Positions 13,432-26,389 of a stretch of DNA of 64,000 nucleotides are shown in pieces. Position numbers and translations under genes: made by a program. Below the pieces are notes generated by a model. That model was given only the letters and a program-made list of their open reading frames with translations. It searched no databases and was not told where the DNA came from. The stretch lies in assembly GCA_951406725.2 (NCBI GenBank), contig OX597827.1, positions 13,020,001 to 13,084,000 on the forward strand. Reading direction: 5' to 3'. Numbering within the stretch: position 1 is the first letter of the stretch; every line of letters begins with the position of its first letter. Source of the stretch: Octopus vulgaris. Taxonomy: Eukaryota.

Positions 13432-13476
<45 letters not shown>

Positions 13477-13500
13477 GATATATACATATATATATATATA

Positions 13501-13541
<41 letters not shown>

Positions 13542-13600
13542 AATTTATATATATATATATATGATATATATATATATATATATCATATATATATCATATA

Positions 13601-13643
<43 letters not shown>

Positions 13644-14081
13644 CATGTGTGTGTATATATATATATGTGTGTATATGTATGTACATATGTTGTCCTTTAT
13701 TCTTTGGTTTCTATGATATGGGCGAGGGATGTGCCAGAGGAAGAGACCACATTCATTCAACATTAAAACAATAGATTAGAGAATTACACGCAAAGAAAGA
13801 AAGGAAAAGTTGATGATTTCACATTGAATGTCTCTGTCCATGAACAGATGTTAAATCTTGTTTTGGATTAAAATGTTTTGTTTATTTGTTTGTTTGTTTT
13901 GTTTGTCAATAAGAATAAAATGAAATCAAATGCAAAGCTTACTCAGAAGTCTTCATTATTTCTTCAAATGACACAACGACTATGAAGACGGTGGGGGGGA
14001 AGCAATCCTTCGAAGTGAATGCATGTGTGTATGTGCCTGTGTGTGTGTGTGTGTATATGAGTATATGTGTGTGTGCATGTG

Positions 14082-14127
<46 letters not shown>

Positions 14128-14216
14128 ATATCTGTATATATATGTACATTTCTACATATGCACACAAACACACACACATGCACACACACATACACACACA
14201 CATATATATATATATT

Positions 14217-14317
<101 letters not shown>

Positions 14318-14336
14318 TATTATATTATATATATGC

Positions 14337-14396
<60 letters not shown>

Positions 14397-14404
14397 TATT
14401 ATAT

Positions 14405-14469
<65 letters not shown>

Positions 14470-14804
14470 CAATGTGTTGTAGAGAGTTTTGTCAAAATAA
14501 GCAGAAATAGCCTATCTTGAAATTTTTTTTTTTTTTCTTGTCAGCTATTGCTAAATTTTCACAGAAAATAGAAATATAAATAAAAATAAAAGAAATGGTT
14601 TATTTTGATATAAATTATTTTCTAGTGAGTCATTTTAATTCATGCCTCAAAGGATTTCGGAATTGAATTCTATCTGAAGAATAATGTTTAGGAAATCAAA
14701 CTCCCAAGATAGATACTCAGGCTGAAAAAGGATTCAAAGAGAAGTAGATAAGAATATCAAATCTACATCCTGTTGTAATATACACACCTATATACATACA
14801 TACA

Positions 14805-14883
<79 letters not shown>

Positions 14884-14921
14884 CACAGAGAGAGAGAGAG
14901 AGAGATAAATATAGATATATT

Positions 14922-15043
14922 CATCATCATCATCACGTGACCGACCAGTCCATCAGATGTAGTTACACATCGCTGGTCACAATGCGTTCGCATTGTTTTA
15001 GCCTTCGAATGACGCCACCCCACTGGCTAAGCGAGCAGGCCAA
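14922..15043 (-). mobile_element. SINE family C, 3' fragment
   Basis: Matches 60669-60785; (GAT)n tail on the minus strand. Confidence 0.8.
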
Positions 15044-15056
15044 GATATATACATAC

Positions 15057-15091
<35 letters not shown>

Positions 15092-15907
15092 TCATACACA
15101 CTCAAACACACTCATATGTATATATAGGTATACATATATGTATGTATACATATATATATATATATATTTGTGTGTATGTACATATATGAATATATAGTAA
15201 AGCTGTTACTCTTGGTTGAATGGTAGCATTTCCTAGTCCACTTTGAATCTCTGTAATGTATTGATGTTGTTCTTTCAGATGTTGATGATGTTTAGACTAA
15301 TGTCTACCCTGATCATACATGTAGATTTATGACTGAGGATGTTCCAGCTATGACATAGCCATCACACTTCTAATGTTTTTTGATAAGTTTACTTTTCCTA
15401 TATCTGTCAGATATTTGTGGGTGTATACTACACTGTGATTTGGAAGGAGATTTGGCAGCTATTTCTAGCAGGTCAAAGGACATCCTTTAGCAACTGTTTA
15501 CAAAATTTTTTTGTAGCATAGCTCCTACTATTACTGAATGGCATTTTACAAATGCCCAATCATATTTTACTCTGTGAACCATAAAACAAAAGAAAAACAA
15601 ACAGATATTCATATGAACCAGTGAACCTCTTTGTAAAATTTTTAAGAAAATCACTAAGAAGGCAAGGATTAAATCATGGAATTTTATTGGACTATCGTGT
15701 TTTTTCAGTTGTATTTCTGATCCCTGAAAAACCAATGCCCTAATCATATGATAATCCTAATAAAAATATTTTCAAAGACGTTTTTAAAATATATGTATTG
15801 TAGCCAGTCTAAATATTTTATTTATAAGAGAATTCATGAACAGTTACAAAAGAAAATGGTCTCTGACATTTTTGCTGAACCATTGTGAGTTAACATGCTT
15901 CACTTAC

Positions 15908-15943
15908 CTTAAGGTGAGAATAATCATCTGGGTTTAAAATCCT
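15908..15943 (-). CDS. Candidate 36-bp coding exon (RILNPDDYSHLK)
   Basis: Acceptor TTTCTTTAG, consensus donor AAG|GTAAGTG, open phase 0-0 frame. Confidence 0.35.
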
Positions 15944-16110
15944 CTAAAGAAACTAGCTAATTTCCTATGTTTGATGGTTAATGAAGTTGTAAGTACAAAA
16001 ACAAAATATGCTTAGATGGTGCAGATCCAGGTCCAAAATTTTTGCAATCAAAGCCAATTTTTTTTTCAATCTTAGCATCAGAACGAACACAGGTATAATA
16101 ATTATTATCT

Positions 16111-16274
16111 AGGCACAGGAGTGGTTGTGTGGTTGGTAGTGTGCTTACCAACCACATGGTTCTGGGTTCATTCCCACTGCGTGACACCTTGGGCAAGTGT
16201 CCTCTACTATAGCCTCAGGTCGACCAAAGCCTTGTTAGTGGATTTGGTAGAGGGAAACTGAAAGAAGCCTGTCA

Positions 16275-16309
<35 letters not shown>

Positions 16310-16510
16310 CTTTGTTTGTCTCCCAACATTGCTTGACAACCGATGCTGGTGTGTTTACATCTCTGTAACTTAGTGGTTCGGCAAAAGAAACTGATAGAAT
16401 GAGTACTAGGCTTACAAAGAATAAGTCCTGGGGTCGATTTGCTCGACTAAAGGCGGTACTCCAGCATGGCCACAGTAAAATGACTGCAACAAGTAAAAGA
16501 GTAAAGAGTA
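16111..16510 (+). mobile_element. SINE family A
   Basis: Full-length copy. A partial family B (alternative tail) follows at ~16525-16675. Confidence 0.9.
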
Positions 16511-17029
16511 TTATATTTGTACATTTACATTCTGAGTTCAAATTCCGCCAGGATTGACTTTGCTTTCATCCTTTGATTGAGGTTGATAAAATACATACCA
16601 GGTAAGCACTGGGACCAATGCAGTCAACTTACCTTTTCCCTAAAATTGCTGGTCTCGTGTCACAATTTGAAATCATTATTATATTTGTACCTCGATTGAA
16701 TCAGATAAATCTAATAATGGAAAAGTAATGTTTCAACTGATTCATCTTGTAGATGAAATCTTTCAGGAGGATGATCAATGCATCTTCATCGCTCCACCAA
16801 AAATTTTAGGGGGTGCACTTGCAACCTCAACACCCCCTCTTCCCAAACCAATGAATGAAGCTAGATTAAGGTTTCAAATACTATCATAGGCAATTATTAT
16901 CATCCTCATCGTCACCATTGTTTAATGTTTGCTTTCCATGCAGGCATGGGTTGGACACACACACACAAACACAAACACACACACACACGCTTATATACAT
17001 ACATACTTATATGATAGATTGGTAGCAAC

Positions 17030-17191
17030 TACACACATTTTTTTCTCTCCTTGTTTTTTCTGTGTCCCTTTCTGTAGAAGAGCGTAGGCTCGAAGCGTCA
17101 AAAACTTTTCCAATTCCTGAGCGTTATACTAATACATGTTTGTTTTGTACACCACCTGTCTTTGTCTTTTGTTTTTTTCGTGAACTCTCCC
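17030..17191 (+). mobile_element. Related (TA)n-embedded element with degenerate hammerhead motif
   Basis: TTT-CTGTAGA-A-GAGC-GTAG-GCTC-GAAGC-GTC-AAA at ~17069-17102. Shares TTCCTGAGCGT...TAATAC with the 200-bp family. Confidence 0.5.
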
Positions 17192-17228
17192 TATATATAT
17201 ATATAAACACATATACACACACACGCAC

Positions 17229-17263
<35 letters not shown>

Positions 17264-17277
17264 TATATATATAATTA

Positions 17278-17586
17278 CTGGCGAGGGTTGGTTTATAGGG
17301 GTACCCTGGGTTTTTTGTCATAAAGGGTGCCTTTATGGCATATCTTCAGAACCTAAGATCTGATGGCCTATGGCCTCTTTAAAATATGGAGGTGGAAACG
17401 ATACAGATATAGACACAGTGGAAACCGATGACCAGCTCCAAAGAGAGATAATCCCTATTGTTTTTGCCTGTATCGTTTCCCCCTCCATATTTTAAAGAAG
17501 CCATAGGCCATCAAGTCTTAGGGTCTGGAGATACACCATAAAGGTACCCTTTGTGGTAAGAAACCCTATAAACTGACCTTCACCTG
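17278..17586. mobile_element. Palindromic MITE, Tc1/mariner-like
   Basis: ~120-130-bp imperfect inverted arms (17278-17407 and 17468-17586). Termini TA|CTGGCG...CACCTG|TA. Confidence 0.7.
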
Positions 17587-17681
17587 TATTTAATATAGAC
17601 TGCTCTACTTCTTAGAGTATGCTTCTTCTCAGATTTATGCTTTTCTAAATATATATATATATATATATATTCTTCCCTTCA

Positions 17682-17722
<41 letters not shown>

Positions 17723-17727
17723 ACAAC

Positions 17728-17796
<69 letters not shown>

Positions 17797-18950
17797 TATA
17801 AGGATTATTACGAAGTGGCATAGCATTACCTTTAATTTATTTTATATATACAAATTTACATAGACTTACACATGTTTCAAATGATATACATACATATATG
17901 ATAGGCTAATTTCAGTTCCTTTCAACTAAATCCACAAAGCTTTTGTCAGCCTGGTAGAAAACACTTGCCCGAGATGCCATACATTGGAACTGAACCAAAG
18001 ACCATGTGGTTGGGAATTAAATTTCTTACTGCACTGTCACATCAGTGCCTGCAATGTATTATACTTTTAGACAGGACATGTGACGCAGTTTACCTCAGAA
18101 TTCTTTGGAAGTAAAACTGGTCTCATCCAAGACACAAATATAACATTATACATACACGTGTGTGTGTGTGTGTGTGCGTGTGCGCATGCATTTGTAATCA
18201 ACCTGCGCCCATGGCTATAACAGAAAGCACGCAGTAGAATCAACCAGCACAACATTGTTATGAAGCAGATTTCTTAAAGATGCAGTGCAGCTATAGCTGA
18301 TCCTGTTTCATCTTGGCAGTTAGCTATTAACAGTTTCTATAAGGTTCACTCAGCATATTAACCAACGCTTGTAGTATCCTCTGCATGCATTAACTTCTGA
18401 CTCAAATACATCCCTACTTTCATCATTTACTTATTTACACCCAGTCTGCACTCCACGTCTCATGACATTTTGTCTCATATCTCTTCACATCCTTTATCGA
18501 TGCTTATATTAATTATTTTGCTATGCAACATCACACTTCTCACAAAAGGATCGTTCTGCCTGCTAACAGCTCACTGTATAAATATATGAGAAAATTTCCT
18601 TTGTTGTTTGACAAAGCATCCAGTTCTAAACAACTTTATGTTCCTTTTATGCACTGAAGATTAGTAATCACTTGTTTCCACATTGTCTAATTATATATAA
18701 TTAGGAAACTATATCAGGTTTCTATTAATCCATTACAGTGTTCTGTAGACATAAGAGCTTTCTTTTTCCTTGCTACATCATGACATTTGATATCAGTACA
18801 GGCCTAGTGCAATTTATATGGTGCTGCTATTGATTGACATGGAATATAGCAACATAGTCCTTAAATTAATTCAACAAACTTTCCTACTGTACACACAGAA
18901 TAATAATAATTTTTTAATTTTTCCAGAGATTCACCTTAATACATATATAT

Positions 18951-19013
<63 letters not shown>

Positions 19014-19044
19014 GGGTATGAGTAAGTATTTCACTTATATCTCA

Positions 19045-19115
19045 CGTATTTATCGCTGAAGAGGGGAAAATTCATATGAATTAACCCCGAAATTGGGACC
19101 AATACAGTAATAACG
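19045..19115 (+). ncRNA. Type I hammerhead ribozyme motif within a (TA)n-flanked element (~19012-19330)
   Basis: CTGAAGA (19056-62); stem II GGGG/CCCC; GAAA (19089-92); stem III TTGG/CCAA; U16.1-A17 (19103-04); stem I TTATCG/CAGTAA with one mismatch. Confidence 0.65.
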
Positions 19116-19349
19116 GATTTTTTAGAAATTTCTATCGGTTTGTTTCGAGACGCATAAATTATAATGGTTATTGACAATTTTTGTCTTTTTTTCGGCATAT
19201 TTGGTATTAGAATTTTCTTTTGCCCTTATTTTATAAATTATTTAATAAATTTAACCTTTAAAGGTATTTTTTGATATGCTGGCCATTGATAAAATTTTTT
19301 TCCCGAAAAAAGTTTTATCCTACATTAGTTATATATATATATATATATA

Positions 19350-19642
19350 TTAGAGAAAAACTACTAATATGTAATTCAAACAATGATAGACATAAACCAA
19401 GTCATAAAGAAAGAATAAAATATATCATAAAACATATAACTAGATCACAAAAAGTACAATAAAATGAATATACAATATATGATAAGTAACAAATAATATA
19501 TAATAAGTAATAGTTATTGTTTATTCATTTTTTTGTACCTTTTGTGATCTAGTTATATGTTTTATAATATATTTTATTTTTTCTATATGATATGGTTTAT
19601 GTCTATCATTGTTTGAATTACATAATAGTGGTTTTTCTCTAA
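19350..19642. repeat. AT-rich long inverted repeat between (TA)n tracts
   Basis: Arms 19350-19470 and 19522-19642 are reverse complements with mismatches; spacer ~50 bp. Confidence 0.85.
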
Positions 19643-19747
19643 ATTATATATATATATATATATATTTATATAGTGAAATTTGATTTAATACTAAATTGAA
19701 TTTTTCCCTGTAAGTTTGGAGTCATACGCCCTAATGTCATTATTATC

Positions 19748-19796
<49 letters not shown>

Positions 19797-19964
19797 TATA
19801 TCAATAATAGTATAGGGTATAATTGATAATTAATAATTTTACCAAGTAGTTTGGTGTGTTAAATGAACCATTATTGGTAAACTTATACAAAAATTTTATA
19901 ATTATAAGCATAATTATAATTAGGGTTCACACCAATATCATTTTGTCAATAGTGAAGAAGAAAA

Positions 19965-20170
19965 AAACACAGACACAAAGACACACACATAAATATATAC
20001 ATGCATACACACATACACACACACACATATAATGGGCTTCTTTTCAGTTTCCATCTCACCAAATCCACTCACAAGGCTTTGGTGAGCCAAAAGCTATAGT
20101 AGAAGACATTACCCCAAGGTGCCACGCAGAGAGACTGAACCCGGAACCATGTCGATGGGAAGCAGGCTTC
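19965..20170 (-). mobile_element. Diverged SINE family A, 5' half
   Basis: CTTTTCAGTTTCC...AAATCCACTCACAAGGC...GACTGAACCCGGAACC. Other old copies at ~17900-18050, 37090-37245, 38575-38670, 40310-40925 and 47000-47130. Confidence 0.75.
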
Positions 20171-20639
20171 CTATCTTTTATCTTTTACTTGCTTACATCA
20201 CCATAAGTTTGTACCTTGGCAGGTCACTGAGAGAATAAGTTTCTGACTTAAAATAAATCCTGGGGATAAATTTTTTAACTGAAACCCTTCAAAGTAATAC
20301 ACCAGCATGGCCACATCCAATGGAATCAAGTAAAAGCTGAAAGATAATTAGAATCCTTAAACTTCTGGATTCAGTCCCCGCAGATGTCATCTTTTCCTTT
20401 CATCCTTCCAAGGAGTGGAGAAGATACAGTAATAGTGAAATATTGGTGTTCATTTAATTGACCTTCCAACTCCATCCTCACCAAATATGTGGCTGTGTTC
20501 CCATGATAAAATTTATTGTCGTCATCATTGTTGTTATTGTAGCTGCTGCTACCATTATCATTGTCACTGTTGTTGCTGTTGTTATTGCTGTTTTTAAAAT
20601 TATTGTTTTGTTGTTGTTGATGATAATGATGATGATGTT

Positions 20640-20858
20640 GTTGCTGTTGAGCAAACGGTCTTCGTCCCAGAGCTCGCAAGATGGGAGAAGTCCGAAACGT
20701 GGTCCTTTACCATTTGTAAGGCCACAGAAGAGAAAGCAGGTCAACCCCCGACACCGAGAGCATCGACGGATGGATGAATGCGCATCCAGGCTCAGTGGTT
20801 GCGAAGTCGGGGTCAAGAAACAGAAAGAATGAGTGAGAGAAAGTTGGGGTGAAAGAGT
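20640..20858 (-). mobile_element. GC-rich SINE 3' part related to family C, with a different tail ending in (CAA)n
   Basis: Shares GAGTGAGAGAAAGTTGGGGTGAAAGAGTA-like sequence with family C; several hairpins. Confidence 0.55.
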
Positions 20859-20861
20859 ATT

Positions 20862-20981
20862 GGTGGTAGTAGTAGTAGTAGTGGTGGTGGTGGTGGTGGT
20901 GGTGATGGTGGTGGTGGTGGTGGTGGTGGTATTGGTGGTGGTAGTAGTAGTTGTAGTAGTAGTAGCAGTAGCAGTAGCAGC

Positions 20982-21035
<54 letters not shown>

Positions 21036-21056
21036 TGTAGGTGCAGCAGCAGTAGT
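20862..21056. repeat. (GTA)/(GTG)n trinucleotide tract
   Basis: Direct observation. Confidence 0.95.
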
Positions 21057-21554
21057 TACCGTTGATGATGATGAACAGGTATGATAGTGTGTTCCTATTT
21101 TCCTGAAAATTTTTAAAGGAAATAGCCCGAGATTAATTCAGCTGCTATTGCTAGCAGGTCAAATGATGCTTTGTCATTAGCTATTATTATTTCTGCAGTC
21201 GTTAATTGTAAAAGTCATGGAATAATTAATTAATTCTTGTTGCATTTGCATTAACTATACGAAGCAAAGTGAGTGAATTCAGAACCATCGTTACTTCTGG
21301 AAGTGTCTCCTGTTGGCCTAAAGACACAAGACTTCAATAATTTCCTCCACGGTAATTGTTTATGCTTAATTGGAAATTTCACTATGTACATTGCATGTTG
21401 TTAAGGTTAAAACTTCCCTAGCAAATGGCAGCTTTGGATTCCAGCTTAGCAAATACAGTTTATAATTAATGTATTAATAAGCAATGAATGTAAATTCAAT
21501 AAGAAATTGCATCTTTTAAGTATGTCCAGAGAGATAAATAAATTTGATATTCCT

Positions 21555-22010
21555 TAAAATTCATTTAATAAACGATAAGACTCTACCATTCTTGAAAATT
21601 CTATATCTTTGGATTTATAGAACAATTACGCGATTAGGAACAAGTAACGTTTGTGTGAAACGGAAAATGCAAAAGAGGAGAGATTTATTTTATTGACATA
21701 TAATATAATTATGATAATAATTGGACTGAAAGGCAAAAGGTCTGGGAAGGAACACGATAGCATAGCATTACACAGAATTATGAGATGGAAGTTTAAAATT
21801 CATTCAATAAGTGATAAGAATCTATCATTCTGGAAAACTCTGTATCTTTGAATTTAATGAACAATTATACCATTGACAAGATCTAAGATCTGTGTGGAGG
21901 GGAAAATGTAAAGAGGATAGATTTACTTCATTAATATATAATATAATTATTGGCAATAATTAGGCTGAAAAGCAAAAGATAGGGAAGGAATAAGGTAACA
22001 TCACAGAATA
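21555..22010. repeat. Old ~240-bp tandem duplication
   Basis: TAAAATTCATTYAATAA...GATAAGA...CTRTATCTTTG...GCATYACAGAAT repeated twice with divergence. Confidence 0.7.
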
Positions 22011-22032
22011 ATATTGTAAGAGAATAATTTAA

Positions 22033-22279
22033 CCCTTTTGATACAAAGCTTCCTGAGACAACCCCTAGCTCTACAATATGAAACTACCTCTTTCAGGGCG
22101 TTCATATCTAAACAATATCTTTCCCTCATAAATTCATGGACCCTTTTGTTAAATTACATTCAAAACAACTAATGTCAAAGTTAGTTTCACCAAATCCCTC
22201 TCCATTCTTGGTTATTTCAAAATTAATTGAAATTCATTGGCAGAATATTTTATTAGAAAGAACTATGAACTTGAAAAGG
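22033..22279. mobile_element. Old piggyBac-like MITE
   Basis: TTAA|CCCTTTTGATAC...AAAAGG|TTAA. Confidence 0.55.
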
Positions 22280-22774
22280 TTAAATTCATAGTTCCAAACC
22301 AATAAAATAATTTTTCAATGAGAACAAAGTAATGAAATAAACTATTGTGATACCTTGTCTATATAATGGTGAGCTAGGATCACAGAAACTATGTGTATTG
22401 TGATATAAGATAAAGCAAATATTTCAACTTTCATTGTCATTAGACACACACTATATATATATATATATATATATACATATATAATAATAATATGAGGGAA
22501 TATTATTCCAAACTTACAGGGAAAAATTCAATTTAGAAATACTAAATTAAATTTCACAAAATATTATATATATATATATAAATTAGAAAAAAAACCACCT
22601 TTTGTCAATTCAAAATGAAAAATTAAATTACAACATCTAGAAAATTACATATAATAGAAATATTGAATATAAGATAAAAAATATTACAATGATTAAGTAA
22701 TGTGGAAAATATTTGCACATACTTAATTATCGTTATTTTTTTAAATCTTATAATTTAATATTTCTATTATATGT

Positions 22775-23192
22775 GGCACAGGAGTAGCTGTGTGGTAAGT
22801 AGCTTGCTAACCAACCACATGGTTCTGGGTTCAGTCCCACTGCGTGGCATCTTGGGCAAGTGTCTTCTGCTATAGCCCCGGGCCAACCAATGCTTTGTGA
22901 GTGGATTTGGTAGGCAGAAACTGAAAGAAGCCTGTCGTATATATGTATATATATATATATATAAGTGTGTGTGTATATCTTTGTGTGTCTGTGTTTGTTC
23001 CCCTAGCATTGCTTGACAACCTATGCTGGTGTGTTTACATCCCCGTCACTTAGCGGTTCGGCAAAAGAGACCGATAGAATAAGTACTGGGCTTACAAAGA
23101 ATAAGTCCCGGGGTTGATTTGCTTGATTAAAGGCGGTGCTCCAGCATGGCCGCAGTCAAATGACTGAAACAAGTAAAAGAGTAAAAAAAGAG
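22775..23192 (+). mobile_element. SINE family A
   Basis: Full-length copy. Confidence 0.9.
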
Positions 23193-23284
23193 TATATGTA
23201 ATATTCTAGATGGTGTAATTTAATTTTTCATTTTGAATTAATAAAAGGTGTTTTTTTTCTAATTTATATATATATATGTATATA

Positions 23285-23570
23285 TCATCATTATCAACAT
23301 CATCATTTAATGTCTGCTTTCCATGCTAGCATGGGTTGGACGATTTGACTGAGGACTGGAGAACCAGATGGCTGCCCCAGGCTCATACATCATATTCATC
23401 ATTTAACATCCATGTTCCATGGGGTGAAAGGTTTGACAGGAACCAAGGTGTCCAAGGATTGTATCATGTACCAATGACTCTTTTGGCATCATTTTTATGG
23501 CTGGATGACTTTCTTAATGCCAACCACTTTACAGTGTAGACTGGGTGCATTTTTCATGCCTCCTGTGCTA
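23285..23570 (-). mobile_element. SINE family D fragments (RTE-type tail)
   Basis: CATCATTTAATGTCTGCTTTCCATGCTAGCATGGGTTGGAC, also seen at ~16900, 43120 and 45826. Confidence 0.7.
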
Positions 23571-23614
23571 TTGGGATTACCATGGAGCTCACTGAACTAC
23601 AGGCCCATGGGGGG

Positions 23615-23953
23615 AATCAACCAGACCTCAATCCGCTGGACAGTAACATATGGGGCATAGTTGAGAGAGAAGTCAATCAACACTTCTATAACACCATGCA
23701 ATCTCTCAAGCCTGCCATAATTAGCACTATCTCCAAAATTCTTAAAGATCATCTGATCTGGACATGTCAATGCTTCCAACCCCATATTGAAGCAGTCAGT
23801 GATGCTAACATTGAATTCATCAAATAGGTGGGATAAAAGGATTTTCAAGATCACTAGTGTCAATTTTGTTTTCAAATACAGCTTTTCTTTGATGAGCTAT
23901 GCATTTTTTTCCCAAATTCATACAAATGCACTCAAAAAAACTGCTGCACCCTG
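23615..23953 (+). pseudogene. Tc1/mariner transposase C-terminal remnant with right terminus
   Basis: PDLNPLDSNIWGIVEREVN...SLKPAI...IEAV..A..FI. The end CACCCTG is the reverse complement of a CAGGGTG TIR start. Confidence 0.8.
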
Positions 23954-24049
23954 CATATATATATGTGTTTGTGCATTTGTGTGTGTATTTATATGGGGTG
24001 ATGGTACTAATCAGTGGTGTGTGTAACTTCTAGCTTGTTACCAGTTATA

Positions 24050-24444
24050 GGCGCAGGAGTGGCTGTGTGGTAAGTAGCTTGCTAACCAACCACATGGTTC
24101 CGGGTTCAGTCCCACTACGTGGCACCTTGGGCAAGTGTCTTCTGCTATAGCCCCGGGCCGACCAATGCCGGAAACTGAAAGAAGCCCGTCGTATATATGT
24201 ATATATATGTGTGTGTGCGTGTATGTTTGTGTGTCTGTGTTTGTCCCCCTAGCATTGCTTGACAACCGATGCTGGTGTGTTTATGTCCCCATTACCTAGC
24301 GGTTCGGCAAAAGAGACTGATAGAATAAGTACTGGGCTTACAAAAGAATAAGTCCCAGGGTCGAGTTGCTCGATTAAAGGTGGTGCTCCAGCATGGCCGC
24401 AGTCAAATGACTGAAACAAATAAAAGAGTAAAAGAGTAAAAGAG
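24050..24444 (+). mobile_element. SINE family A with small internal deletion
   Basis: Lacks the CTTGTGAGTGGATTTGGTAGA segment. Confidence 0.9.
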
Positions 24445-25287
24445 GTGTAGATACACCAAATCTGACTGTTGAATGCTTGCATTTTGGAGTGGTTACACAC
24501 ACACACATATCAACACATACATGCATATATATATATATATAAGAGTGTTTTATCAGAATAGTATTATATTAATCTTATATTGTTCAGTTTCCTTGTCATT
24601 CTCATCTTTTGGTTCTACATCAACTTTACCTTCTGTTATTCTTCTCAGACTGTTTTTATATCAATAACCAATAATTTTATGTTTCTGGTTTTTCCTCTCA
24701 ATATCATAGTAAAATATTAATGGCATTATCTTATCACAGATTTTAAATTCCCCTCTTATACAATTTTCATTTATTTTCTGATAAGTGTAGCACGTTTTTC
24801 TTCATCATTGACCAAGTTCCACATATTTGCAACAGAATTCTTCTCATCCTTAACAGTTTTCTCGTGTGCCGTTCATGCATAATGGAAGCAGTTTGATGAG
24901 ATAGTCTTTCAATTAAATTGCAGGTGTTACCAATATTAAATCTTACATACTTGTAGCCCTTTATCATTGAACCATTGCCGTATTTCTTCCTTATTTCTTC
25001 ATAGTGTACAGATTAGAACAAAACCTATTTGTGCTTATCCAGGCAATATTTGTAAACCAAGGATAAATACAACAGCTTTCATGAGTCAGTAGATGGTAAA
25101 CATTAACCTTTCATTTTGTACACAGAGTTTACACATCTACATACTTTTATGTATAAATATCGAACTAAGTGCTAACACATTTGATATGGCAAATCTAGTG
25201 ATCAAGACTGTATACCTATGAAGAGAAGTTAAGTATTATTAAACACTAAGCTGACCCAGTGCCGTCAAAAATGACAGCTAATTGTAA

Positions 25288-25431
25288 TCTTTATATATAA
25301 AAGTGAGGTTGTGTGCTGTCTGTCTCCTACGATTTAGATTCCCAACTACTCCCACATTTTGCGGTGCAGTTTAACCAAAACCGGGTATCTTATAGTCGTG
25401 ATTCATATCGAGCCCTTCTGGGTATTAGCGC
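25288..25431 (+). mobile_element. Helitron 5' fragment
   Basis: A^TCTTTATATATAAAAGTGAG..., the reverse complement of ~35080-35223. Confidence 0.75.
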
Positions 25432-25794
25432 GGAGCACCACCTTTAATCAAGCAACTCGACCCCAGGACTTATTCTTTGTAAGCCTACTACTTATTCTAT
25501 CGGTCTCTTTTTGCCGAACCGCTAAGTGACGGGGACATAAACACACCAGCATCAGTTGTCAAGCGATGTTGGATGGGACAAAACACAGACACACAAACAT
25601 ACATGCACACAATATATATACATACATATATGACGGGCTTCTTTTAGTTTCCGTCTACCAAATCTACTCACAAGGCTTTGGTTGGCCCGAGGCTATAGCA
25701 GAAGACACTTGCCCAAGATGCCACGCAGTGGGACTGAACCTGGAACCATGTGATTTGTTAGCAAGCTACTTACCACACAGCCACTCCTGCGCCT
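25432..25794 (-). mobile_element. SINE family A (tail lost)
   Basis: Fused directly to the Helitron fragment. A partial family B follows at ~25822-25972. Confidence 0.85.
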
Positions 25795-26389
25795 ATATAG
25801 TGGATTAATACATAAGAATTCTTTTCTACTCTAGGCACAATGCCTGAAATTTTGGGGGAGGGGAGCCAGTCGACTAGATCGACACCAGTATGCAACTGGT
25901 ACTTAACTTATCGACCACTGAAAGTATGAAAGGCAAAGTCGACCTCAGCAGAATTTGAACTCAGAACGTAAACGCATAAACATTTTCATAGATTTCATTT
26001 TTGTTTCTATAGAGGAAAATTAATGACTCACTTGGAGTGAGTATTAATCATACCCTACTATATTTAAATATATTTGCTATATTGGATAATAGTCTTGGAA
26101 GGATTGTTTGAAAATAAGGTGGGATGGTTATAGTAAAAGAACCAGCTGCAAAATAACTTAATGGTCACTTAATTTGCTAGAAATAGTAGCCAAAGTTACA
26201 CTCTACTCTCTTGTGTAATAATAGGAAATATTAGATAATGTGAATCATTTTAAATTCTTTCGGGCCCTTAAAAGTTTATCAAATTTTCACCAGATGTTTT
26301 TCTGATTTTCAATTCTACTGAAATTTTGTATGACAATGATGAAAATCAAATTTGTTTTGTTTTTTTTTCCTCTTTTCTAGAAATGATCC

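Noticed and set aside
20720-20820. HDV-like ribozyme
   Set aside because: I could not build the nested double pseudoknot; only simple hairpins are visible.
24545-25010. Minus-strand protein-like stretch (possible LINE ORF1 relic or exon)
   Set aside because: Multiple stops and frameshifts, no usable acceptor, and no recognisable motif.
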